From contig JALWLB010000098.1 of the NCBI GenBank assembly GCA_027081145.1, positions 1-46,786 on the forward strand: a stretch of 46,786 nucleotides of DNA, written 5' to 3'. How positions within the stretch are numbered: position 1 is the first letter of the stretch; every line of letters begins with the position of its first letter. Shown here one piece after another: positions 38,740 to 46,559 of this stretch. This DNA is from Campylobacterales bacterium (lineage in GTDB: Bacteria > Campylobacterota > Campylobacteria > Campylobacterales > QNZT01). The notes under the pieces are model-generated. The model was not told the origin of the DNA. It ran no database searches and saw only the letters and a program-made list of their open reading frames with translations. A program made the translations under genes and the position numbers.

Positions 38740-40044
38740 ATGAAAAGCTTAATAATGCTATTTTTTATATTAACAACCTTTTTATATGCAAATATAGCAA
38801 AAGTTACTGCAATTAGTGGTGAAGCGATAGTCATAAGAGATAAAAATGAAATTTCAATCAAAAAAAATTTTGAAATTTATGAAAAAGATATCATAAAAAC
38901 TATGAAAAATTCTAAATTACAACTTGTTTTTAAAGATAAAACTATGATCTCTTTGGGTCAAAAAAGTACATTTGAGATAGAAAAATACCTCTTTTCAAAC
39001 AAAAAGCCAGTTGCAAAGTTTAAAATTTCAAAAGGAATTTTCAAATCGATCACTGGAAAAATTGGAAAAATTGCTCCTCAAAATTTTAAACTAAAAACTC
39101 AAAATGCAACTATAGGTATAAGAGGAACTACAATCATTGCAGAAGTTTCAAAAAACTCAGACACAATTATCTGTAGCTCTGGTCAAATAGTAGTATCAAC
39201 TCCAAAAGGTGAAGTTATAGTAAACAAAGGTGAAAAAACCGTCGCACAAAAATTAAAACCTCCTACAAAAGCGATAAAAGTTACTAAAAAAAGTATCCAA
39301 CAATTAGAAAAAAAAGTTGATGCTAAAGCTGAACAATCAACTTCAAAAGAGGTTGAAAAAAAAGCCAAAACCAAGAAAGAAAAAGAAAAAACTGAAAAAA
39401 AGAAGAACGAAAACGAAAAAAATGAAAAGAACACAAATGAAAAAACAACAAAAACTACAGAAAAAAAGAGTACAAAAGTAGAAAAAACTGTTACAAAAAA
39501 AATTGCCAAAACAATCACTCCACTACCACCAATTATTAAAAAAGAGTTACCAAAATTTGATAATCAAATCAAAGATAGATGGGGTGATTGGAATAAAGAG
39601 AAGTTTTTTAAAAATGAAGCAAACAAACTTCTACCAAAAAAACCAAATCCAACAAAAGAGATGCTAAAAAGCTTAGAAGAGTTGCGATTAAGAGCTGGTC
39701 AAATCAAACCAACTTATGAAGGAAAAGTTTCTGGTTTTGTAAATCAAACATATAAAATATCAGATCAAAACAATTTTATAAAATTAAATTTTGATTTAGG
39801 CTCTGGAAAAGTTGATGGAAGTATGAAATTTTACGCAAATAAAGAGCAGTGGTTTGCCAATATTAAAGATGGCACAATTGATCAAAGAGGGAAGTTTGAT
39901 TTTAACTTGCAAGGAGCAAATTCACAAGGTTTAGGAGATGGCATTTTGAGTGGAAAAAAATTAGAAAATGCAAATGGATCTTTTATGTTAAAAAATAGTA
40001 AAAACCAACAAGCGTTTGGTACATTTAGTGCTAAAAAGAAGTAA
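38740..40044 (+). CDS. Secreted FecR-domain protein with a K/E-rich linker and a C-terminal TbpB-handle-like beta-barrel domain
   Basis: Signal peptide. FecR-like N-terminus (AISGEAIVIRDKNE...EKDIIKT..NSKLQLVFKDKTMISLGQKSTFEI...IGIRGT). Lys/Glu low-complexity region at aa ~185-250. The C-terminus (TYEGKVSGF...IKLNFDLGSGKVDGSM...) resembles transferrin-binding-protein-type barrels. Confidence 0.6.
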   Translation: MKSLIMLFFILTTFLYANIAKVTAISGEAIVIRDKNEISIKKNFEIYEKDIIKTMKNSKLQLVFKDKTMISLGQKSTFEIEKYLFSNKKPVAKFKISKGIFKSITGKIGKIAPQNFKLKTQNATIGIRGTTIIAEVSKNSDTIICSSGQIVVSTPKGEVIVNKGEKTVAQKLKPPTKAIKVTKKSIQQLEKKVDAKAEQSTSKEVEKKAKTKKEKEKTEKKKNENEKNEKNTNEKTTKTTEKKSTKVEKTVTKKIAKTITPLPPIIKKELPKFDNQIKDRWGDWNKEKFFKNEANKLLPKKPNPTKEMLKSLEELRLRAGQIKPTYEGKVSGFVNQTYKISDQNNFIKLNFDLGSGKVDGSMKFYANKEQWFANIKDGTIDQRGKFDFNLQGANSQGLGDGILSGKKLENANGSFMLKNSKNQQAFGTFSAKKK

Positions 40045-40046
40045 TC

Positions 40047-42818
40047 ATGAAAAATTTACAACTATTTATACTCATACTCTTTTTATCTTTTATGATAAAT
40101 GGATGTGGATCAAATGAAAAAAAGAGACAAAATGGTACTGAATTAACGATAAAAACAACTGCATCTAACACTAAACAAGAGTGGCAAGCAACTCCAGTAC
40201 TAAAAACTTGGGAAGAAGCCAAAGAGTATTGTGCCAATTTAGATTTAAATAATCAAACAGATTGGAGATTGCCAAGTAGTGAAGATTTTTTTACTCTCTT
40301 AGATGGCAACAGATCAATAGATGAGTATTTTCCAAAAAGCTCTCTTATAAAAGAGTTTTACACAAATAACAAAACCGATTTCGATGAAAATCAGATATGG
40401 AAACTATCGGCTTGGAGTAACACTCTTTCTTATACACATAAAAGTAAAAAATTGGGTGTTAGGTGTGTAAGAGGTGAAAAAAAACAGACACCAGAGCTTA
40501 TATGGAAGCCACATAATGATCAAACATTCACATGGAATGAAGCAAATAGTTATTGCAAAAATCAAAATGCAAGAGTTCCAACAATTTTAGAGCTTATCAA
40601 GCTACATGATATCAACCAAACAGATAATTTTATCCCATTTTGGTCATCAACTCCACTACCTACAAATCATAACCAATATCTAAATATTAATTATAAAAAA
40701 GGGATCTATTTTAGCAATAAAGAGACAAAAAACTATGTAAAATGTGTCAAAAATAAGATCATACCAACTATATCGGTTTATGATACAAATTTTTCAGAAG
40801 ATGGTAATTCAAACTTTATGGTACTAAATATAAATCCAGCACCAACACAAGATCTACAAATAACTTACACTCTAACTAGTGGTAGTGCAAAAAAGGGAGT
40901 TGATTTTGATGAGACAAATCAAACACTTACAATAAAAAAAGAGACTCCATTAACTATTATTAATATACCAATCATAAATGATCACTTTCCAGAAGATACT
41001 GAAAGCTTTTATATCACTCTAAGCAATCCAATCAATGCTAAATTAAAAAATATAACTGCAAAAATAACCATTTTAGATGATGATTCACAAAATAGTGCTT
41101 TTATAACTAAATGGAAAACAACATCTGCTAATGAGTCAATAACTATACCAACAAAAGCTGGATTTTATTATAACTATAGTGTTGATTGGGGTGATGGCAA
41201 TCAAACAACAAACCACACTGGCAATGCTACACACACTTATACAAATCCAGGAAAATATACCATAAAAATATTTGGTATTTTTCCATCTATAGACTTTACA
41301 AACTCAAACAATCAAAATCAAATCTTATCCATAAATCAATGGGGAAGCGTAGGTTGGCAAAATTTGGATAACGCTTTTTATAACTGTATTAATTTAGAAT
41401 TAAACGCTACAGATACACTAAATTTTCAAGAACAAAATATCTCAATAGATAAAATATTTTTTAATACCTCTGTATCAAACGAGAGCATCTCTTCATGGAA
41501 TGTTAGTAACAAAATCATGCCTCAATCTATTCATAAAACAGTAGATGAAGATCATAATATATCGATAGATTTAAGAAGAGGCTATGATGATAATCTAACA
41601 TATCATGTAGAGACAAATACAACAAATGGATCTTTAAATATAGATAATTTACCAACTATCATCTATACTCCAAATGAAAATTTTAACGGTAGTGATAGTT
41701 TTATATTTAGAGTAAGTGATGATAATAACTTCTCAGATACAGCTACAGTTACTATCACCATAAATCCTATAAACGATCCTCCAAATGTTAATATAAATAT
41801 CATTGGAGCTTGGGAAGTTGGAGAAAGTATTATATTTGAATCAAATAGTAGTGATGTTGATGGGGATTTTTTAACTTATCAATGGGAAGAAAATGGAGTA
41901 TCTATATCAACTAATGATCAAAACTTTACAAAAACTTATACAGATGAGGGAAATTATACAATTACACTCATAGTTAGTGATCCATATATATCTATTGTAA
42001 AAAGTATAGATATAAACATCACAAATCCACCTTTTAAATTACCAAAAACAGGTCAAATCAATACATATCATAACTTTGATGATGGATACTATCAAAAAGG
42101 AAGCCAAAGAGTATTTACAAAATTTAACAATATGGTAAAAGATAAAAACTTAAACCTTTTTTGGCAAGATGATAATAATACAATTATTAAAAAAACATTT
42201 ATTCAAGCGTATGATTATTGTGATAATTTAACTCTAAATGCCAAAAATGATTGGAGATTGCCAACTAAGCATGAACTATTTTTTCTAGCAAAAAAAGATA
42301 CAAATGAAACTTTAGAAGATATATTTTCATATAAAAAGTATGATCAATATTGGAGCTCTGGTATGATAGATACTGCTACCTCAATAATTACTATTGACTT
42401 TTCAAATGCAACAGAGCAAATAGAGTCTATTGATGAAGATTACTATGTTAGATGTGTTAGAAGTGATATTGACTTTTATCCAAATATTTCATCATCAAAT
42501 GGTATCATTACAGATCATACACTAAATCTTATGTGGTATGATAGCTCTGAGTTTTTAAACTATAGTGATGCTATAAATAGATGTGAAGATTTGAATATTT
42601 CAAACTATAATGATTGGAGAGTTCCAAATATAAATGAGTTATATACTATACAACAAGATTTTTTTCCTAACATTGCTCATGTTCAATACTGGTCATCTAC
42701 TGCACAATATGACACTAACGGTTCAAAAATTTATACATTTGATTTTAGTCTAAATCTTATAGAGTTAAAAAATAGTATAGATTATGCAAAAACAGTATGT
42801 GTTAGAGATATTAAATAG
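40047..42818 (+). CDS. Mosaic surface lipoprotein: lipobox, 2x DUF1566 (Lcl-C-like), Calx-beta, DUF285/PKD-like, cadherin-like Ig, PKD, 2x DUF1566
   Basis: MKNLQLFILILFLSFMINGC lipobox. DUF1566 hallmarks (W.EA..YC..L......DWRLP...EL....VRCVR) occur four times. Calx-beta (VDFD...LTI...IPIINDHFPEDTESF). WGDG...HTYTNPGKYTI. VSDDNNFSDTATVTITINPINDPP. The gene starts 2 nt after the FecR-like stop. Confidence 0.7.
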   Translation: MKNLQLFILILFLSFMINGCGSNEKKRQNGTELTIKTTASNTKQEWQATPVLKTWEEAKEYCANLDLNNQTDWRLPSSEDFFTLLDGNRSIDEYFPKSSLIKEFYTNNKTDFDENQIWKLSAWSNTLSYTHKSKKLGVRCVRGEKKQTPELIWKPHNDQTFTWNEANSYCKNQNARVPTILELIKLHDINQTDNFIPFWSSTPLPTNHNQYLNINYKKGIYFSNKETKNYVKCVKNKIIPTISVYDTNFSEDGNSNFMVLNINPAPTQDLQITYTLTSGSAKKGVDFDETNQTLTIKKETPLTIINIPIINDHFPEDTESFYITLSNPINAKLKNITAKITILDDDSQNSAFITKWKTTSANESITIPTKAGFYYNYSVDWGDGNQTTNHTGNATHTYTNPGKYTIKIFGIFPSIDFTNSNNQNQILSINQWGSVGWQNLDNAFYNCINLELNATDTLNFQEQNISIDKIFFNTSVSNESISSWNVSNKIMPQSIHKTVDEDHNISIDLRRGYDDNLTYHVETNTTNGSLNIDNLPTIIYTPNENFNGSDSFIFRVSDDNNFSDTATVTITINPINDPPNVNINIIGAWEVGESIIFESNSSDVDGDFLTYQWEENGVSISTNDQNFTKTYTDEGNYTITLIVSDPYISIVKSIDINITNPPFKLPKTGQINTYHNFDDGYYQKGSQRVFTKFNNMVKDKNLNLFWQDDNNTIIKKTFIQAYDYCDNLTLNAKNDWRLPTKHELFFLAKKDTNETLEDIFSYKKYDQYWSSGMIDTATSIITIDFSNATEQIESIDEDYYVRCVRSDIDFYPNISSSNGIITDHTLNLMWYDSSEFLNYSDAINRCEDLNISNYNDWRVPNINELYTIQQDFFPNIAHVQYWSSTAQYDTNGSKIYTFDFSLNLIELKNSIDYAKTVCVRDIK

Positions 42819-43272
42819 CTATAAAATAGCCAATAAGCTGGAAAACTCCAGCACTACAAATTCCAGCAATAACACCAGCTAACAGATCATCTCCCATAAC
42901 TCCCAAACCACCTTTAACATCTCTATCAATTTTTCCTATATATGATGGCTTGAGAATATCAAAAATTCTAAAAAATATTATTGATAAAACTATTTGTAAA
43001 ATTGTTCCACCACTTAAAGATAGTGCTATCCAAATACCAGCAACCTCATCTATAACAATCTCTTTAGAGTCATGAGTTTTGGTTATTTTTTCATACTTAT
43101 CTATCTCTTTTATAGCTATAACAGTTATTAAAATAGAGAGTAAAAATAGTGTACTCTGAGGTAAAATAGAGAGTAGCAAAACTCCCACTATAGCTCCTGC
43201 AAGTGTGCCAACTGTTCCAGGAGCAAATGGAGATAAACCTGAGTAAAAAAATGTTAAAAAAATTTTTTGCAT
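42811..43272 (-). CDS. pgpA: Phosphatidylglycerophosphatase A
   Basis: FFYSGLSPFAPGTVGTLAG...IDEVAGIW...FRIFDILKP are PgpA signatures. 153 aa. Confidence 0.85.
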   Translation of the reverse strand: MQKIFLTFFYSGLSPFAPGTVGTLAGAIVGVLLLSILPQSTLFLLSILITVIAIKEIDKYEKITKTHDSKEIVIDEVAGIWIALSLSGGTILQIVLSIIFFRIFDILKPSYIGKIDRDVKGGLGVMGDDLLAGVIAGICSAGVFQLIGYFIAI

Positions 43273-43275
43273 AAT

Positions 43276-44469
43276 TTAGGTCAAAGATGTAGTTTGATGT
43301 AGATTCATAATTTGCATATAAAACTCTCTATCGTTCATTTTAGTCTCAATCAATCCAGAGTTTGGAAAAAAGTTTGCAAACTTATCTCTTACATATTTAA
43401 TTCTATTTGGAAACAACTCACTCAAAATTATAGCTGAAATCTCTTTTCTAACCAAAACTGCAGGTGGTAAAACTCCAACTTTATAAAGTTCAGCAATAAG
43501 TTTAGCATTATAAGATATATGATGGTGAGATCCATGAGGACAAGCTCTAGTACTAACTAAAGTCCTACACTCATTACAATATACAAACTCATTAACCATA
43601 TCTATATCGATACCTATATTTTTAAAATTTTTTACAGTTGAACAAATCGAATCTTTTTCATAATAAAGCCCAATTCCAGAGTGGTTTTGTCCAATTGCTA
43701 TACTATCACACCCAAAATTTTTAGTAACAATCGAATCTAAAATAATATTATTATATCCAGCAAACAGATAACTATTTTCAAGTGGAACTATTAAAACTTT
43801 GTTTTTTGGCAAAAAGTTATCTGTAAAATATTTTAGTGCTTTATATCTAATCTCATAACTAAAGATATCTTTTTTAAACGGTTTTAGTAAAAACAGTACT
43901 ACCAAATCACTCTTTTCAAGTGCCATTCTAATCATCCTCTCATGTGCTCTATGAAGAGGCTTACCACTAAGTACAATCGCAGTTGTTTTTGTAGCTTTGA
44001 TTAACTCTTTTGCCTTTTTAATCTCTTGTTTTGTCTTTTTAATCGATGATGAATCTATCTCAAACTCACCACTAATTGCTAAATCTCCAAGTCTTTTATA
44101 GATATCTTTCACTCCCGGGTGTTCAAGATCAGTTGTAGTAAAAATCTTTTTTATTCTCTTTTCTTTATTGATCTTAAAAATCTCATCTACAACAATTTCA
44201 CCCTTTTTCTCTTTTTCGCAAATTAGATCAAGTGTATCACCCTTTTTTGCCTCTTGAAGAACCTTTGCATTTCTTTTGCCACTAGGAGCCAATATAAATG
44301 AAAATGGAAAGAGTTGGTTTTTGTATTTAGAGTACTTATCAACATATAAAGACTCTTTTTTATTCATAAGTTTATCACATGGAAGAAGAATTTTCTCTTT
44401 TAAAAGGGCTAGTGTGGAGACTGCTTCATTATCTATAAAAAGCTTTCTATTTCCTTTTTGATATCCCAT
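43276..44469 (-). CDS. ATP-sulfurylase (sulfate adenylyltransferase)-like protein with degenerate active-site motifs and a C-terminal Cys/His cluster
   Basis: HRAHE (HxxH) is retained in LSGKPLHRAHERM. The GRDHAG position reads GQNHSG. CNECRT...CPHGSHHH follows. The ATG at 44469 is preceded by GGGAGAAGAG. Its position next to pgpA and the orphan regulator matches the Campylobacter Cj1609 context. Confidence 0.55.
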   Translation of the reverse strand: MGYQKGNRKLFIDNEAVSTLALLKEKILLPCDKLMNKKESLYVDKYSKYKNQLFPFSFILAPSGKRNAKVLQEAKKGDTLDLICEKEKKGEIVVDEIFKINKEKRIKKIFTTTDLEHPGVKDIYKRLGDLAISGEFEIDSSSIKKTKQEIKKAKELIKATKTTAIVLSGKPLHRAHERMIRMALEKSDLVVLFLLKPFKKDIFSYEIRYKALKYFTDNFLPKNKVLIVPLENSYLFAGYNNIILDSIVTKNFGCDSIAIGQNHSGIGLYYEKDSICSTVKNFKNIGIDIDMVNEFVYCNECRTLVSTRACPHGSHHHISYNAKLIAELYKVGVLPPAVLVRKEISAIILSELFPNRIKYVRDKFANFFPNSGLIETKMNDREFYMQIMNLHQTTSLT

Positions 44470-45337
44470 ATTTTTTTCTCTTCTCCCACAAGCTTTTTCT
44501 TGAAATGCCAAGTTTTTTTGAGAGTTCAGTATCTGGAAACTTACTTTGGTATTTTAAAATGATATATTTGACATAATTTTCAATCGAAAGTATATCACCT
44601 TTTTCAAAGACACCATCGTCACCTTTTACCTCAATAACTTTTAAGCCCTCAACCTCTTCACTTAAATTTGTGGTTGATAGTATAACATGCTTATTGTGAA
44701 TAAGTGATAAAATTTTTGCTTTTTCAGATTTTTTTACATTTTGAAAATTAATAAGATATATTAATTCATCCTCTTTAATCTTTTTGATCTGCTCAATCGC
44801 ATCAGAGTCTGTTAATGAAACAAATACAAAAGATTTTTTTGACTCCTTGACATAATTAAAAACTATTGCATCTGCAATTTTTTGGCAATTTGTCTTTAGC
44901 AGAATCGGAAATTTTATATTTTTCAAATCTACCTGAGCAACATCTTTATTGAGTACATGATTTAGATAGTTTTTATAAGTTTGGCTCTCTTTTTTATAAG
45001 ATATATAATCTTGAAGATGATTTAACTTTCTAACCAACTCTTCAATCATAAAAGGTTTTAATATATAGTCATTTGCACCTTGTTTAAGAGGAGTTGATAC
45101 GGTATCGTTGCTAACATACGAAACCATTAAAATTATAATCGAATCTTTATACTTTTCAATGACTGGAGCAAAGTTTTGACCAGAAACATTTGTTGATAGT
45201 AGCACAGCATCAAATGTATCATTTTTTAGAGCATCTTTTACAGTAGTTGCACTTTTACAACTATGACCCATCTGTGTTAATTTTGTAGCAATACTTTGTG
45301 CCAAATATATCTCATTTTCTACTATCAATATTTTCAT
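44447..45337 (-). CDS. Atypical orphan response regulator of the HP1021 / Cj1608 (CemR) type
   Basis: The receiver fold has Ser at the phospho-acceptor position (FDAVLLSTNV) and EN instead of the acidic pair (IVENE), while the conserved Lys is kept (YILKPF). C-terminal Fis-like HTH (TELSKKLGISRKSLWEKRKKYGI). It lies directly downstream of ispDF, as in Helicobacter and Campylobacter. Confidence 0.75.
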   Translation of the reverse strand: MKILIVENEIYLAQSIATKLTQMGHSCKSATTVKDALKNDTFDAVLLSTNVSGQNFAPVIEKYKDSIIILMVSYVSNDTVSTPLKQGANDYILKPFMIEELVRKLNHLQDYISYKKESQTYKNYLNHVLNKDVAQVDLKNIKFPILLKTNCQKIADAIVFNYVKESKKSFVFVSLTDSDAIEQIKKIKEDELIYLINFQNVKKSEKAKILSLIHNKHVILSTTNLSEEVEGLKVIEVKGDDGVFEKGDILSIENYVKYIILKYQSKFPDTELSKKLGISRKSLWEKRKKYGISKRK

Positions 45338-46457
45338 AATCTCTCCAATTAAAATAGTTTAAAGAAGTACTCGCTTTTACAGCAACACCCTCATTTCGTC
45401 CTATAAATCCAAGTTGTTCAGTTGTGGTAGCTTTTATATTGACAAAAATAGGCTCTATTTGTAAAATAGATGCGATAGTTGTTTGCATCAGCTTTTTATA
45501 ACTGGATATCTTTGGAGTTTGAGCAATAATAGTTATATCAACATTATTTATCTCAAATCCTACACTTTTTACAAATGCAACCACTTTTTTTAGCATTAGC
45601 TTAGAATCTAAATCTTTATAAGCTTCGTCACTATCTGGAAAAAGTTCTCCAATATCACCACAACCAATTGCACCTAAGAGTGCATCTATTAGAGCATGAA
45701 GAGCCACATCGCCATCAGAGTGAGCTTTAAACCCAAACTTACTTTTAATATGAACTCCACCTAAATACATAGGTTTGTTATCCTCAAAAGGATGTACATC
45801 AAACCCACTACCAATAAATACCCTATTTGAAGGTGCATTTAAACATCTTATGCTCTCTAAATCGGTAAAATAAGTAATTTTTTTAGCACACTCATCACCT
45901 TTTACAAAAAACACATCTCCATTGATCGATTTTATGGCACTGCTATCATCTGTAAATAGTCTCTTTTGATTAAGTGCTTTTTTTAAAACTTTGGTTTTTG
46001 ATAGTTGTGGAGTTTGAATAAGCTTTACATCATCTCTACAAATTGTACTATCTTTATAAACTACAGTATCATTGACATTTAAATATGGCACAATGATATC
46101 GGCTCTATTTTTGTGTTTTATAATCTTCTCTAACATATCTTTACTAACACAAGCTCTTGCTACATCACTAACCAAAACATACTCTGTTTGAACATTTAAA
46201 AGAGCATTTTTTAAAGACTCTTGTCGGCTCTTGGCTCCTTCTACAATTTCAAAACCACTTAAAAATCTCTTTTTGTAATTTAAATCATCTCTGTTTGCTG
46301 TAATGATTGTCTTGCTAAAGTTATAATATGAGTTTAATCTTTTTGCAACAAATAACCACAAAGGATCATCCCCTACTCTAAGCCACTGTTTTTTTAAAAA
46401 TGGGCTAAATCTGGTCGAATTTCCAGCCGAGAGAAGAATTAGAGTTAAATCGGGCAA
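45312..46457 (-). CDS. ispDF: Bifunctional IspD/IspF (MEP cytidylyltransferase / MEcPP synthase)
   Basis: The N-terminal LLSAGNSTRF (IspD) and C-terminal GSGFDVHPF...HSDGDVALHAL (IspF) are fused in one 381-aa ORF. Confidence 0.9.
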   Translation of the reverse strand: MPDLTLILLSAGNSTRFSPFLKKQWLRVGDDPLWLFVAKRLNSYYNFSKTIITANRDDLNYKKRFLSGFEIVEGAKSRQESLKNALLNVQTEYVLVSDVARACVSKDMLEKIIKHKNRADIIVPYLNVNDTVVYKDSTICRDDVKLIQTPQLSKTKVLKKALNQKRLFTDDSSAIKSINGDVFFVKGDECAKKITYFTDLESIRCLNAPSNRVFIGSGFDVHPFEDNKPMYLGGVHIKSKFGFKAHSDGDVALHALIDALLGAIGCGDIGELFPDSDEAYKDLDSKLMLKKVVAFVKSVGFEINNVDITIIAQTPKISSYKKLMQTTIASILQIEPIFVNIKATTTEQLGFIGRNEGVAVKASTSLNYFNWRDYENIDSRK

Positions 46458-46559
46458 AATTTGTCCTTTTTTTCATAAAGTGTTACGAAATTATACACTC
46501 TTAAAGCTTTTTATTATCTTTTTTTTGTTAGATTTGAGTAGTATTTTTAATAAGGATAG

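Noticed and set aside
39183-39518. 111-aa minus-strand ORF rich in F/S/V, opposite the FecR-like gene
   Set aside because: It is the mirror image of the Lys/Glu-rich (AAA/GAA) linker region. This is an expected artefact of low-complexity sequence.
347-44461. About 25 short ORFs (60-125 aa) from the six-frame track. They lie inside or antisense to long conserved genes: 347-562, 585-767, 3485-3847, 4108-4371, 7636-7869, 7890-8090, 12530-12745, 13631-13879, 16446-16760, 17628-17894, 18298-18543, 19607-19792, 22562-22855, 22916-23287, 24987-25175, 28520-28723, 30643-30834, 32291-32572, 35226-35444, 40031-40237 and 44276-44461.
   Set aside because: Each is fully embedded in a gene with strong family signatures on the other strand or frame. 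Their translations are low-complexity (Phe/Ser/Ile/Leu-rich, typical of antisense AT-rich coding DNA). None has a convincing Shine-Dalgarno.
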